A stretch of DNA of 38,982 nt from Nitrososphaerota archaeon (lineage in GTDB: Archaea > Thermoproteota > Nitrososphaeria > Nitrososphaerales > Nitrosopumilaceae), in assembly GCA_029782475.1 (NCBI GenBank), contig JARPSM010000121.1, forward strand, positions 1 through 38,982, in the 5' to 3' direction. This document shows positions 38,740 to 38,982 of the stretch, in pieces. Each line of letters starts with the position of its first letter. The stretch's first letter is position 1. The translations under genes and the position numbers were made by a program. A model generated the notes under the pieces. It worked only from the letters and a program-made list of their open reading frames with translations, did not search any database and had not been told where the DNA came from.

Positions 38740-38982
38740 TGTATCTGTTGTGCAAAAAGTAGTATACCCCCTCCTCCTCCACCTCCTCCACAGGACGGAA
38801 TTGGAGGCATGCCCTATTGATGCCTAAAATCCATAGAGTGAAAGTACTGGTGTGTGGGTTCTACAAGCACATAAAACAATGGAGGCATATTGGGACTCGT
38901 CGCATACAAGTCATGAGAAAGCTCGACGAATCCAAGGTAAAATGGATAATAAATCAAAAGAAGAAAGGTCAGATGACCAATC
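38740..38982 (+). mobile_element. Left end of an IS481-like element with a partial transposase (ATG 38913, runs off the window)
   Basis: Composition shift beginning at TGT (38740); MRKLDESKVKWIINQKKKGQMTN resembles archaeal IS481-family N-termini. Confidence 0.6.

Overview
AT-rich archaeal chromosomal DNA whose gene content points to an ammonia-oxidising thaumarchaeon of the Nitrosopumilus type. Core genes include the aconitase X pair, ESCRT-III/CdvB, a GPN-loop GTPase, queC/folE/queE and sat/cysH/cysC/cysQ. Housekeeping blocks are interrupted by three accessory tracts. (i) 1-3.7 kb: a secreted YYENG-repeat protein, small membrane ORFs, gene remnants, and two identical 19-bp palindromes bracketing an orphan Pro-rich C-terminal coding fragment. 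(ii) About 16.0-21.1 kb: a decaying mobile island with a TATA-binding-protein paralog split by a nucleoside 2-deoxyribosyltransferase gene, a frameshifted tyrosine integrase containing a 182-bp MITE with a 5-bp target duplication, an orphan hicB and an IS630 remnant. (iii) The left end of an IS481-like element at the right edge. The strongest unexplained signals are three intergenic structured-RNA candidates that I cannot assign to a known family: 14282-14376 (K-turn hairpin), 16100-16187 and 32254-32385 (own TATA box and T-tract). All calls come from reading motifs by eye; no searches were run.
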